Positions 8,692 through 18,381 of a stretch of 64,000 bases of DNA are shown here, one piece after another. How positions within the stretch are numbered: the stretch's first letter is position 1; every line of letters starts with the position of its first letter. The stretch is from a virus. Lineage: Duplodnaviria; Caudoviricetes. The notes beneath the pieces were generated by a model. It made no database searches and was not told the DNA's origin. It was given only the letters and a program-made list of their open reading frames with translations. The stretch lies in IMG/VR virus record IMGVR_UViG_3300033171_000001, positions 21,260 through 85,259 of that record, one strand, 5' to 3'. The position numbers and the translations under genes are program-made.

Positions 8692-9696
8692 ATGGGACGT
8701 AAAGCTAAAGGCATAGTAAATGATGACGGCCGCACTTGTACTAAGTGTGGCGAATTTAAGGCGTGGAGTGAGTTTAGTATACGTACCATAGGGACACGGG
8801 GGAAACAAAGTAAATGTAAATTATGTGTTAATACGTATTATGAAGAAAATAGAGATGTTATATTAAAGAATAAAAAAGAATATTATGAAGAAAATAAGGA
8901 TACTAGAAAGGAATATAACAAACAATATTATGAAGAAAATCGTGATGCTAAATTAGAATATAACAAACAATATTATGAAGAAAATCGTGATGCTATTTTA
9001 GAATATCAAAAACAATACTATGAAGAAAACAGGGATGCCAGAAAAGAATATGACAAACAATACTATGAAGATAAACGTGATGTTAAATTAGAAAAGCAAA
9101 AACAATATTATGAAGAAAATCGTGACGTTGTATTAGAACAGAAAAAACAATATAGTATCTCCCCTGCTAACTATGGAACATTTAAAAATCAATTAACGCC
9201 TTTAGAGTTCCCAAGAGAATCTAAGGAAGGATATTTAGAAGTTAAATGCGCTACATGCAGGAAATATTTCATTCCAACTAATATACAAGTGCAATGTAGA
9301 ATACAAGCATTAAATGGAAATATAACAGGGGAACACCGCCTCTATTGTTCAGATGCTTGTAAAGAATCCTGCTCTGTCTTTGGTCAAAGAAAATACCCCA
9401 AAGGCTTCAAGAAACCCTCCAACCGGGAATATTCAACTGAATTTCGCAACATGATCCTTGAACGAGATAACTACACCTGTCAAGTATGTAATAATAAATT
9501 TGACAAGAAACATTTGCAAGCACACCATATAACTCCTATTATATGCAGTCCCATGGAACAAGTAGATATAAAAAACGGAATATGTATTTGTAAAGAATGT
9601 CATATAAATCTTCATCTAACACAAGAAGGTATTACTTACGCAGAGTTGATCAAGGCCGGTAAGAGCAAAGAAGATAAAGATGAAAACGAAGATTAA
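8692..9696 (+). CDS. HNH endonuclease, copy 1 (N-terminal Zn finger, 7 x 15-aa repeats, middle Zn finger, HNH)
   Basis: CTKC..CKLC, (YYEENRD...KQ)x7, CATC..CSDAC, CQVC..HH..N..CKECH. Confidence 0.9.
   Translation: MGRKAKGIVNDDGRTCTKCGEFKAWSEFSIRTIGTRGKQSKCKLCVNTYYEENRDVILKNKKEYYEENKDTRKEYNKQYYEENRDAKLEYNKQYYEENRDAILEYQKQYYEENRDARKEYDKQYYEDKRDVKLEKQKQYYEENRDVVLEQKKQYSISPANYGTFKNQLTPLEFPRESKEGYLEVKCATCRKYFIPTNIQVQCRIQALNGNITGEHRLYCSDACKESCSVFGQRKYPKGFKKPSNREYSTEFRNMILERDNYTCQVCNNKFDKKHLQAHHITPIICSPMEQVDIKNGICICKECHINLHLTQEGITYAELIKAGKSKEDKDENED
8836..9150 (+). repeat. 7 tandem 45-bp coding repeats
   Basis: 315 nt = 7x45, each encoding a YYEENRDxxxExxKQ-like unit. Confidence 0.9.
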
Positions 9697-9708
9697 AAGG
9701 AAACTTAA

Positions 9709-10908
9709 ATGAAAAAACACTATGTGGTAGACACAAACGTCCTCATTGATTCCCCTCATGCAATTGAATCTCTCAGAAACGGTAAGGACGGCGGCGATAC
9801 CAATGAGGTTTACCTGCTTGAAACGGTACTTAATGAGGTAGATGGCCTGAAGAGGAAAACCACCCTCAAATCCATAGTTCAAAAAGTAGTAGCAAACCTT
9901 CATTCCCTTGCAGACGAAATAAATTACTTCGAAAATGAAACTGTTTCTACGAATATTTCTGAAAATCCAGATGACAGAATCCTAGCTGGTGTATTAATGG
10001 CCGAAGAGGAGTATGACGCTCCGATGATTCTATTAACCAATGATAGAGTGCTTCAACTAAAAGCTAATTTTCTTGGTATCCAGGTTGAAGAGTTCAAGGA
10101 CAGTATTCCCTTTAATAATGAGGAAGATATTAACACTGGATTTGTTGAGTCAAAAGATGATTTTAAGTACGTTAACACTTTCTGTTTTGATAATGGGATT
10201 CTTCTTTTTAATGGTAAGGATGAAATCAAACCGATTGGATATGAGAATAAAGTATGGGCAACCAAACCTAAACACTATACACAGAACGCCGCATTTGAAC
10301 TTCTCCTGAATGATACTATCGATCTAGTCACGCTTTCCGCTAGTGCCGGTATGGGGAAAACCCACTGTGCGGTTGCTTCGGCTCTTGATGCTGTTCTGCA
10401 AAAGAAGAAGTATGAAAAGATTTATATATTTAAATCAATAGAAGATGTTGGGCCATCTATTGGTTTCCTTCCAGGGACTATGGAAGAGAAAATCGACCCC
10501 TACATGCGCTACATAAAGAGCATGTTCTTTAAACTGCACAATATGAGAAAGGGCAATGGAAAAGTATTTCTTGATGATAAAACATTGAATCCAGAATTTG
10601 TCGAAATCCTTCCTTTGACATATATTAGAGGCATGAACATAGATAACGCCTTTGTGATTATTGATGAAGCACAAAACATATCCCGTCTAAATATGCGATC
10701 CTTGCTTACTCGTATGGGGGATAACGTGAAGTGTGTCGTATGCGGCGACCCTAATCAAGTAGATAATCCTAATCTAAGCAAAGAGAATAACGGCCTCAAT
10801 TGGTGTGTCAAGTTGTTCAGTGGAGCAGATAACTATGGACATATTCAATTAGGCGGCAAGAAAAGTCGTGGACCTATATGTGATTTGGTTCTTGAAAAGA
10901 AATTATAG
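9709..10908 (+). CDS. phoH: PIN-domain PhoH-family ATPase
   Basis: N-terminal VDTNVL..PDD..TND PIN domain; GMGKT Walker A, IGFLPG, IRG, IIDEAQN, GDPNQ. Confidence 0.92.
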   Translation: MKKHYVVDTNVLIDSPHAIESLRNGKDGGDTNEVYLLETVLNEVDGLKRKTTLKSIVQKVVANLHSLADEINYFENETVSTNISENPDDRILAGVLMAEEEYDAPMILLTNDRVLQLKANFLGIQVEEFKDSIPFNNEEDINTGFVESKDDFKYVNTFCFDNGILLFNGKDEIKPIGYENKVWATKPKHYTQNAAFELLLNDTIDLVTLSASAGMGKTHCAVASALDAVLQKKKYEKIYIFKSIEDVGPSIGFLPGTMEEKIDPYMRYIKSMFFKLHNMRKGNGKVFLDDKTLNPEFVEILPLTYIRGMNIDNAFVIIDEAQNISRLNMRSLLTRMGDNVKCVVCGDPNQVDNPNLSKENNGLNWCVKLFSGADNYGHIQLGGKKSRGPICDLVLEKKL

Positions 10909-10924
10909 AAAAATAAGATAAAAC

Positions 10925-10953
10925 TTGACTTTTTGGTTAAAATTTGATATAAT
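10925..10953 (+). promoter_or_regulatory. Sigma70-type promoter for the portal gene
   Basis: TTGACT-17 nt-TATAAT. Confidence 0.8.
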
Positions 10954-11003
10954 TCGTGGAAATTCGCGTTTATATCAAATTTTAACCAAATAAAGGATAA
11001 CCA

Positions 11004-12614
11004 ATGAGCACCCCTAATAAAATGACTGATGAAATGACCTTCGATCAGCGTCTTGAATATCTGAATACGCTTCCAGACGACCAATTAAGCCAATATCAAT
11101 TTGCTTTGGTTCTGAATCCAAGTGACCCTACCACCACAGCTACTTCCATGCGTACATTCGGAACACCTGACTACAGTTCTTATGGAATAAGGGAATTACA
11201 ACAGGAACTTTGGCACGCCTTTCAGACAAACCCACAAATTTCGTCTGCCGTAAGAGACTACGTTGGACGAATGACCGGATATGGGTTTGAAGTTTATTCA
11301 GAGATTCCAGAAATTCAAGAAAAGATTGATGAAATCACGTATGATTATAGAAACCGCCTTCATTCCTTGCTTCCTAAGTACGTAGGCAGGGCGCAGATTG
11401 AGGGGGAGCTATTTCTTGTATTAACTCTTCATAATGACGGATTTGTTGAAATTGATTTTCGTGATCCATCCACTCTTGATGTTATTGGATATGATAATAG
11501 TGGAATTATTTATCATCCAAGAAAACCCGCCATGCCCATTGCCTATCAGTTCAAGTATAGTGGAGATGATCTACAGGACCATTATGAGCAGATTCCTAGT
11601 ATTTACGTAGCAAGGTATCCTGAACTTGTTAATATTCTTAAACAGCATGTTAATTATAATCCTGAATATATCAAAGAAAGTGTTGCCTCTACTAAGAAGT
11701 ATAATTCAGTTGGAGGGTTTAAGCGTTTTGTTGTTCAATGGGATAAGGGATGGATGACTGCTCGTAATATTTCATATATTCGCACGGTCCTCACCTGGGT
11801 GAATCTATACGAACAGTTGAAAACATACGAAATTAACCACAAGAAGAGTTCCGGTGCATATCTTTGGGTTCTTGAGGCAGAAGACATTAAGACGTTTAGA
11901 GCGTGGATGGCTTTGACTGAAGAACAACGTGCTGAAACTGGTATTATGAAGAAGAAAGATGCAGGGGGAACACTTGTTGTTCCTCCTGGCATGAAGTTGA
12001 AGGCTATTAGTCCCACTCTTCCTAAAATATCCGATTCAGATACGGATGTGCTAGATTTTGTAACGTCTGGACTGAACACTACCGAGGACAGTTTGATTGG
12101 AAGAAGCAATCGAAACAAATCCTCCCTTTCACAGACGCACGGAACGCAACGGGATAGAACTTTCGATGAAATAGCTAATTTCGAGCGATTTCTAAAGTTC
12201 GACCTTTGGGGTAATGTGTTTTTCCTTGCTTCGGCTGTATCAGATTTTAAATACGTACATAAAATTAAAAAAGCAGTGGATTTTAATAAAAGTAAGAAAC
12301 CTGTTTTTAAATTCAAATCATTCAATGCGGAAAGACTTATCGGCGTTACCTTCCCGCAATCTCACGCCGCCGGAAATGAGGAGACTGTTCGCGCTCTTCT
12401 TGGAAGCAAGCACGGTCCTGTTACTAAGTCCCTTGGTATTCCTGCAAGCAAGGTTGGAGAACTGCTGGGCTTTGGTGATTATCGTAAGTTGCGGTTACAG
12501 GCGGCAGAAGAGCAGGCGGCGTACCCTGAGCTAACATACGGGATGGACGAGGAAGCCGTTCAGGAGAAAGAGGAGGCTGAGAACTCAGTTACGACTCAAG
12601 AGAACGAGCAATAA
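11004..12614 (+). CDS. Portal protein
   Basis: 536 aa, synteny between TerL and protease/capsid, portal-like GE.FL segment. Confidence 0.7.
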   Translation: MSTPNKMTDEMTFDQRLEYLNTLPDDQLSQYQFALVLNPSDPTTTATSMRTFGTPDYSSYGIRELQQELWHAFQTNPQISSAVRDYVGRMTGYGFEVYSEIPEIQEKIDEITYDYRNRLHSLLPKYVGRAQIEGELFLVLTLHNDGFVEIDFRDPSTLDVIGYDNSGIIYHPRKPAMPIAYQFKYSGDDLQDHYEQIPSIYVARYPELVNILKQHVNYNPEYIKESVASTKKYNSVGGFKRFVVQWDKGWMTARNISYIRTVLTWVNLYEQLKTYEINHKKSSGAYLWVLEAEDIKTFRAWMALTEEQRAETGIMKKKDAGGTLVVPPGMKLKAISPTLPKISDSDTDVLDFVTSGLNTTEDSLIGRSNRNKSSLSQTHGTQRDRTFDEIANFERFLKFDLWGNVFFLASAVSDFKYVHKIKKAVDFNKSKKPVFKFKSFNAERLIGVTFPQSHAAGNEETVRALLGSKHGPVTKSLGIPASKVGELLGFGDYRKLRLQAAEEQAAYPELTYGMDEEAVQEKEEAENSVTTQENEQ

Positions 12615-12641
12615 AAAATTAAAAATAATACAAAATAATGC

Positions 12642-12670
12642 TTGACATTTACTTGCGTTTCTGGTATAAT
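12642..12670 (+). promoter_or_regulatory. Perfect sigma70 consensus promoter for the head genes
   Basis: TTGACA-17 nt-TATAAT preceded by an A-rich UP-like tract. Confidence 0.88.
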
Positions 12671-12710
12671 GCCACAAATGGTATGTGACTCAAAACTAAA
12701 GGATAAACAT

Positions 12711-13898
12711 ATGAGCAAAATTAAAACTAAAATAAAAGATAAAGATAAATTCAAAGCAGTACCTAAGTCTGCTCTATCTTTTGTTACTGCGGATGACGCG
12801 CATTGTTCTTTTGCCGCCGAAGAGGGTAATGAAGATAATTTCAAGATGGTGGGGTATAGCGGCGGTATTATTGCTAACCACTGGTATTGGGGGAATCTCA
12901 TCTTTGATCTCAAGGGGTTTAAATTCAAAGATAAACATCCTATCCTTTGGGCGCATGATGATTGGAATATGGATAATATTCTTGGAGTATCAACTAAGCC
13001 TAAAATAACTGACGAGGGTTTAGTATATACTGATAAAGAAGTTACTTTTGTTGATAATGAAAAGGTATCTCAGTTTAAGGAATATTCTAGAAAGGGAGTT
13101 CCCTTTCAAGCATCTATTCGTGGAAATCCTACTCGTATTGAATATATTGAGGAGGGGGTTTCCGTAGACGTTAATGGGATAAAATTTAATGGACCCGGAC
13201 ATATTTGGCGCGAAACGGAGCTTATGGAATGTTCCGTTTGCCTGTTCGGGGCTGATAACAACACTTCTTCAGCAGTATTTAGTGAGGCGGGTGGAGACAC
13301 GGTTGAATTATCGGCCGATATTTTTATTTCCACTGAGAATGAAAATGACAATCAACAAAAAACGGAGAAAGTTATGGACTACATTACTTTTAAGAAAGAA
13401 CATCCAGAAGAGGCGCAGAAGTTCGCTGAGCGCGTTCTTGAGGATGCTCGGACTAAGTTCGATGCTGAAAAGCGCGATCTTATGAAAGAACATGAGGCTA
13501 AAGTTACTGAGTTCTCTGCCAAGGTAGAAGAACTGGAAGAGAAGGTCAAGGCTTTTGAAAAGGAGCAGGTTCTTGCCGAGGAAAAGGCGCGTAAGGAATT
13601 TGCCGATAAGACTTGGAATGAGAAGTTGAAGGAAGCCGACATTCCTGAGCGTCTACATGAAAAGATTAAGGCTTTTGTTTCCGCTGAAAAGTATGTTGGT
13701 GAGAATGGTTTTGACGAAGAGGCTTTTGTAGCCGCCGTGGATAAGGAAATCGAATTTTGGGCTGAGACTAAGGAAGAGGCTAAGATTCAGGGTTCTGGTA
13801 GTTTTACCAAGAAGCCCGCTGGTGAAAATGAATTTACTGATGCCGCTGCCGAAGCTCTTGCAGAAGAAATGCTTGCGCTGGTTGGCGGGAATAAATAA
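12711..13898 (+). CDS. Prohead protease with C-terminal scaffold region
   Basis: HK97-protease-like PILWAHD, QASI and ECSVCLFGAD segments, then a charged coiled coil; AAGGA SD before ATG 12711. Confidence 0.75.
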   Translation: MSKIKTKIKDKDKFKAVPKSALSFVTADDAHCSFAAEEGNEDNFKMVGYSGGIIANHWYWGNLIFDLKGFKFKDKHPILWAHDDWNMDNILGVSTKPKITDEGLVYTDKEVTFVDNEKVSQFKEYSRKGVPFQASIRGNPTRIEYIEEGVSVDVNGIKFNGPGHIWRETELMECSVCLFGADNNTSSAVFSEAGGDTVELSADIFISTENENDNQQKTEKVMDYITFKKEHPEEAQKFAERVLEDARTKFDAEKRDLMKEHEAKVTEFSAKVEELEEKVKAFEKEQVLAEEKARKEFADKTWNEKLKEADIPERLHEKIKAFVSAEKYVGENGFDEEAFVAAVDKEIEFWAETKEEAKIQGSGSFTKKPAGENEFTDAAAEALAEEMLALVGGNK

Positions 13899-13909
13899 GG
13901 AGTTCCGTT

Positions 13910-14593
13910 ATGGCTATTACCATTCTTGATGTAAATACCTACGGTGACACCCCTCAAATTAATCATGGTGTGCAGTACGACCAGCCACACCTCTATACTG
14001 ATGGGTTCCCGAATGATGCCACTATGTTTGTGTCCCTCAAAATGAAGGCCGGTTTCGGTTATATCGAAGCCGGTACTGTCGTTGCCGAGGATGCTAATGG
14101 GGAATTTGTTCCCTACGTTCCTACTACCTACACTGATAACGTAGCCGTTTCTCCGCTGACTGCTAATGCGGTTTACACTGAGGACACCGTTACTGTTTCT
14201 GAGGCTGAGTCCGGTAAATTTGCAAAGGGTGATCTTCTTATCCTTGCCAATGACGATCCTCTCTATTTTGAAGGCGGCGCAATCACTGACATTACTGTTA
14301 CTGCTGGTGTTGCTACCATTACCTTCACTAATGCTATTGACTCCGCTGAGTACACCACTGCCAAGAACGCCCATGTCTACGTGAAGTCCGGTGCTTCTGG
14401 CAAGTTCTCTACTGCGGTTGCTATTCTTGACAAGCCCGTTGATACTGGTGTTGGTTCTTCTGCTAAGGGCGCACAGGCTTCTGCCATTATTGCCAACGCT
14501 GTTATCTACGCTGCCCCCCTGTTTAATCTTGATGCCGCTGCTCTTGCTTCTCTCGGTGTAGTGAAGTTCGGCAACCGTGCATATATTAAGTAA
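13910..14593 (+). CDS. Head decoration/stabilisation protein
   Basis: Ala/Thr-rich, IEAGTVVA motif, between protease and capsid as for lambda gpD. Confidence 0.6.
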   Translation: MAITILDVNTYGDTPQINHGVQYDQPHLYTDGFPNDATMFVSLKMKAGFGYIEAGTVVAEDANGEFVPYVPTTYTDNVAVSPLTANAVYTEDTVTVSEAESGKFAKGDLLILANDDPLYFEGGAITDITVTAGVATITFTNAIDSAEYTTAKNAHVYVKSGASGKFSTAVAILDKPVDTGVGSSAKGAQASAIIANAVIYAAPLFNLDAAALASLGVVKFGNRAYIK

Positions 14594-14604
14594 AGGAGTC
14601 TACT

Positions 14605-15858
14605 ATGCCTAAAGGTAATGTAATTCCAGAGCTGCATCTTAGCACTCTGAACAAGCTCATTGAGAAGGCGCAAACCCCGCCCTCTATGGTGCTTTCCAAT
14701 AAGTTCCCTGTGTCCAACGCTCTTTCTGATACCATTGAGTGGGAAAGCCGCTATGGTTCCGCTGGCATGATTCCTTTCGTTGCCCGTGGTTCCCGTGGAC
14801 CTTCCTTCGGTGATGATGGTGTTGGCAAGCACTCCATGAAACCCGCTTACTTCGCTCAAAGCAAGTTCTTTGGCGAAGAGTTTCTTAACAACCTCCGCGA
14901 ACCCGGAACTGCACAGGCTAAACGCTCTGGTCAGGCTGAGATTGCGCGGGCCTCTCAGCGTATGCTTTATGGCGTGCGGAAACGGCGCGAGTTCATGTTT
15001 GCCAAGATGCTTTTTGATGGCAGTATGGACTACCACATTAAGGCTACTTCCAAGGCTCCTGAGTTTGCTTCCGTGTCTTGGGGTATACCGACCTCTCATC
15101 AGGTAACTCTCGGTGCTACTGCTCGTTGGTATGGGAGCAGCAGTGAAATAGCTGATCGTGATGTTTTTGGTGATGTTTTCGACGCTAAAAATACAATGCA
15201 GGATTCTCTTGAAATGGAGACTATGGGACTAGAGGCGTATATGAATAGCCGCCTTCTCCAGTCGCTGATTAAGGATTCCGGTATTCGCGATCTTGCGCAG
15301 ACGCAGAATATCTCCGAGGCACAACTGGTGAACAACGCCCCCGGCGCACTTGCTCAGATTCTCGGCTTCGGTTCTGTTAATGTGTATGATGCGGCTTATC
15401 CCGTGTCTTCTCCTCTTGCACAGTCCTACACTTCCGGAACTACTATTTATGTAGTTGACCCGTCCGACTTTGTTGTTGGCGGTGACGTTTGGATTAAGAA
15501 CAGCGTGGACGGCGCAGCCGGTCCTCGTTCCAAGATCACTGCGGTTAACCATGAAACCGGGGCCATCACCCTTTCCGCCGCTCTCACTGGTGCTACTGGT
15601 GTCGCCTTTAAGTCTCAGCTGATGATGCGGAAGTTCTATCTGGACAGCAACAAGATTGTCTTTATGGTTCCCAAGGTTGATGGTCAGCCTGTTGCGGAGA
15701 TGATGCAGGCTCCTCATGGTATTCCTTCTACTTATGGTATACGTATGCGTAGTTTTATTAAGGAAGCCCCTGATGGAGTGGAGTTGTATACGGAAGATTT
15801 ATGTCTTCCTGTGCTGTACTATCCTGCTTCAGTGTACCAGCTTACGGTCGGCCTCTAA
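14605..15858 (+). CDS. Major capsid protein (lambda gpE-like, with an insertion)
   Basis: 417 aa, high-expression codon usage, gpE-like segments (RREFMFAKML, LPVLY). Confidence 0.8.
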   Translation: MPKGNVIPELHLSTLNKLIEKAQTPPSMVLSNKFPVSNALSDTIEWESRYGSAGMIPFVARGSRGPSFGDDGVGKHSMKPAYFAQSKFFGEEFLNNLREPGTAQAKRSGQAEIARASQRMLYGVRKRREFMFAKMLFDGSMDYHIKATSKAPEFASVSWGIPTSHQVTLGATARWYGSSSEIADRDVFGDVFDAKNTMQDSLEMETMGLEAYMNSRLLQSLIKDSGIRDLAQTQNISEAQLVNNAPGALAQILGFGSVNVYDAAYPVSSPLAQSYTSGTTIYVVDPSDFVVGGDVWIKNSVDGAAGPRSKITAVNHETGAITLSAALTGATGVAFKSQLMMRKFYLDSNKIVFMVPKVDGQPVAEMMQAPHGIPSTYGIRMRSFIKEAPDGVELYTEDLCLPVLYYPASVYQLTVGL

Positions 15859-15875
15859 GAGTAATTGAATAACGG

Positions 15876-15905
15876 AGGGAGGGGATTGTGATATATCCCC
15901 TCCCT
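15876..15905 (+). terminator. GC-rich hairpin without a U-tract after the capsid gene
   Basis: AGGGAGGGGAT / ATCCCCTCCCT 11-bp stem, 8-nt loop. Confidence 0.65.
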
Positions 15906-15927
15906 GCTTAAAATAAAAGGAAGCACA

Positions 15928-16272
15928 ATGAAAATTCGAGTAAAAACTACATTGTCCCTACCCACTGGGATTTTTGCTAAAGATGCAATCATAGAAGGGA
16001 AGAAGGATGAGATTGATGAATTTTTGCTTAAGGAAATTGAGATGAAATCAGGAACAGTGGAGGTGCTTGAGGATGATGAAGAAGTTGAAGCCCGTCCTGT
16101 TCTAGATAATAATGACCGTGGTAATAAAGATTCGGATGCTAAGGAAGATGTAACTACGAATACTCCTAATCTTATTGAAGAAGTAGTTGAAGTAAAAGAA
16201 GAAGTAAAAGAAGACCCCGTTCCAACAAAGAAGCCCGCTGCCAAAAAGAAGACTATTCATAAAAAGAGATAA
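15928..16272 (+). CDS. Acidic/Lys-rich hypothetical head-region protein
   Basis: ORF with SD right after the capsid gene. Confidence 0.6.
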   Translation: MKIRVKTTLSLPTGIFAKDAIIEGKKDEIDEFLLKEIEMKSGTVEVLEDDEEVEARPVLDNNDRGNKDSDAKEDVTTNTPNLIEEVVEVKEEVKEDPVPTKKPAAKKKTIHKKR

Positions 16273-16303
16273 CCACATTTAGTAGGTATAGAAGGGAAAA
16301 ACA

Positions 16304-16741
16304 ATGGCACTTACCAAATCAGAGTTATATATTCTCGTAGATGTGGAACTAGGAGAACTTGCGGATAGTCTTACGCAGGAAGAAATCAATCGCGCCATTG
16401 ATAAAGGCATGATTGAACTTGGTTATGATTATCCTGTTGCTGGTTTAAAACAAATGTGGGCAGTGAACAGGTCAAAACGTCATGCTATTGAAATTCTTCT
16501 TCTAACTGCATCAGAGGACTTCAAATTTAATAAACTTGAACTTCAACAGCCTTTTGAACACCTCAAGTATCTTGTTTCCTATTATGATGAGCAGTTCATT
16601 CTTGCTCAGGAATCTCAGCCCGAACTTTTCCCCAATACTGGATTAGGAATTGATCCTGAAACTATGTTTGGGACTTATATCACTAACGGATTTGTTTATG
16701 ATGCTTCTGGCAACGACATAACCTATCTTCAAGAGGATTAG
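16304..16741 (+). CDS. Putative head-tail adaptor
   Basis: Size, helical character and synteny. Confidence 0.45.
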   Translation: MALTKSELYILVDVELGELADSLTQEEINRAIDKGMIELGYDYPVAGLKQMWAVNRSKRHAIEILLLTASEDFKFNKLELQQPFEHLKYLVSYYDEQFILAQESQPELFPNTGLGIDPETMFGTYITNGFVYDASGNDITYLQED

Positions 16742-16743
16742 TT

Positions 16744-17370
16744 ATGAGCAGGGTGGGAGAGAAGGTAAAAAAAGCATATACGAGTAATGGGACAGAAATT
16801 ATTCCACTTAAGGGCGCGACTTTAACAGAGCATCCTAGTGAATACATCCTAACCAAGCTGAGTAATCAGGCGACAAAAGTCTTTATTCAGGAGTTCTATC
16901 TTAAAGGATATTTCCCCTATGACACCGTTCTTGTTAGCGGAGATTATCTTAGAACTGTATATGATAACGAAACATATATGGTAATGAACCTGAATAATGA
17001 GACTTTCAGAAATGAGATTATTCAAAGACACGCAACTTTATACAAGATAAACAATACAGTAAAAGTTCAACGAAAAGTAATGGTTCTCAACCCGTCAACC
17101 TTTGTTGATGAGCCGACATGGGTGGATCAGTATGATTTAGACATTCCTTGTGTTGTTACTAATACTCGCTTTGGTGCTGAGGTTTCTGATTATAACAATA
17201 TCGGTGAAGTTCTTCTTGATGCTCTTTTGGTATATGTATCCAGACATTATGATATTAGAGAATTTGATAGGCTTGTGTTTGGAACAGGTGAGACAATGAT
17301 GGTAGAGAATGTGGATAAGTATAACTATGGTTTTGCTTATGAATTGAAAATGACCCAGGATAACCGTTAA
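16744..17370 (+). CDS. Putative head closure/stopper protein
   Basis: Beta-rich, synteny; internally duplicated character. Confidence 0.4.
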   Translation: MSRVGEKVKKAYTSNGTEIIPLKGATLTEHPSEYILTKLSNQATKVFIQEFYLKGYFPYDTVLVSGDYLRTVYDNETYMVMNLNNETFRNEIIQRHATLYKINNTVKVQRKVMVLNPSTFVDEPTWVDQYDLDIPCVVTNTRFGAEVSDYNNIGEVLLDALLVYVSRHYDIREFDRLVFGTGETMMVENVDKYNYGFAYELKMTQDNR

Positions 17371-17394
17371 ACGAATAGAAAACAGGTAGGAGAC

Positions 17395-17778
17395 ATGAGT
17401 CTAACTATTTATGTAGTGGAACGTGGTGGAGATAAGAATAAGACTTTAGAGAGTGTTGCGGGGCTTAATGCGAAGATAGTGGAGAAATCAAAGAACACCT
17501 CTTGTTCTGGATTTAGTAATTGCGACACTGATTGGTATATGATTCTTTTTACAGATGAACATATTGAACCAATTCTTGTCAAGGCCATTCCAGAGTTCAT
17601 GCAGTCTGATTATGATTATTTCCGAATCTACAGAGTCATGGATACAGGTGAAGATAATAGAAGGTTCTTTGTTAATCCTAGGTTGTTTAGGAAAGATGTT
17701 ATTCTGAATAGACACGGGGAGCCTAGTTCTGAGTATGTAGGAATTGATATACTTGATGGATATATAGTTCATCATTAG
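17395..17778 (+). CDS. Hypothetical protein with a degenerate GT2 glycosyltransferase-like motif
   Basis: DTDWYMILFTDEHI...RLFR resembles the GT2 W..fLDaDE...RLFR segment. Confidence 0.35.
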   Translation: MSLTIYVVERGGDKNKTLESVAGLNAKIVEKSKNTSCSGFSNCDTDWYMILFTDEHIEPILVKAIPEFMQSDYDYFRIYRVMDTGEDNRRFFVNPRLFRKDVILNRHGEPSSEYVGIDILDGYIVHH

Positions 17779-17817
17779 ACTTTTTGTTAAGTATATGAAG
17801 CAAGGATTTAAAGCACA

Positions 17818-18381
17818 ATGACAGTACAAATAAGAATAAGCCCTTCCTTCAAGAAGAAAGTTCTTGAAGTAGCAAAAAGAACAAAGGCTTTATATCCTGA
17901 AGCCAAGTCCAAAGTAGGAGCACGGGGTGAGTTAATAAGGGCGTTATCACACAATTATTTTGTACTACTTAGAAATAACCTAGTTTCACAAAAATATCCA
18001 CAAGCCCCTGCTCCTTACAATCAGGATTATTTGAATTGGAAACTTAGAAATTATGGATTTGCAGACCCTTGGTTTCTTGGTGGTGATCTTTTTAGAAACA
18101 TTGTTATTTATGAACGTGATGGTGGAAGGTCTGTGGGTATTCCTAAAGGAAGACGCGCAGGGGGAAAGAGTTGGTTCTTTGATAAAGGAGATAAATCAAA
18201 GGGATACAATTCGAGAGAAATAACGTATTATGGGTATCTAATTGAAAACGGCTCCCCTGGTGGAAAGATTCCTGCCAGACCTGTATTCGGACCAACTCTT
18301 GCTGATTTTGTAAAGAAAGATGCAGAAGACATAATAAATAAAATGTCAAAAAGAATGTTCTCAAAATGGGAGATACGATGA
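17818..18381 (+). CDS. HK97 gp10-like tail/neck protein
   Basis: GYLIENG...IPARPVFGPT matches the E.G....pARPf..P pattern. Confidence 0.65.
   Translation: MTVQIRISPSFKKKVLEVAKRTKALYPEAKSKVGARGELIRALSHNYFVLLRNNLVSQKYPQAPAPYNQDYLNWKLRNYGFADPWFLGGDLFRNIVIYERDGGRSVGIPKGRRAGGKSWFFDKGDKSKGYNSREITYYGYLIENGSPGGKIPARPVFGPTLADFVKKDAEDIINKMSKRMFSKWEIR

Noticed and set aside
8836-9150. Regular 45-bp repeats as a CRISPR array
   Set aside because: The repeats are contiguous, degenerate, in frame within a protein and have no unique spacers; no cas genes are present.
11735-15717. Long antisense ORFs (for example 11735-12325, 13787-14374, 14506-15099, 15229-15717)
   Set aside because: These are shadows of well-supported structural genes, with no SD or motifs.
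13910-15858. Higher GC in the decoration/capsid genes as horizontal transfer
   Set aside because: It is explained by Ala/Gly/Thr-rich composition and high-expression codon bias; the tail tube shows the same pattern.
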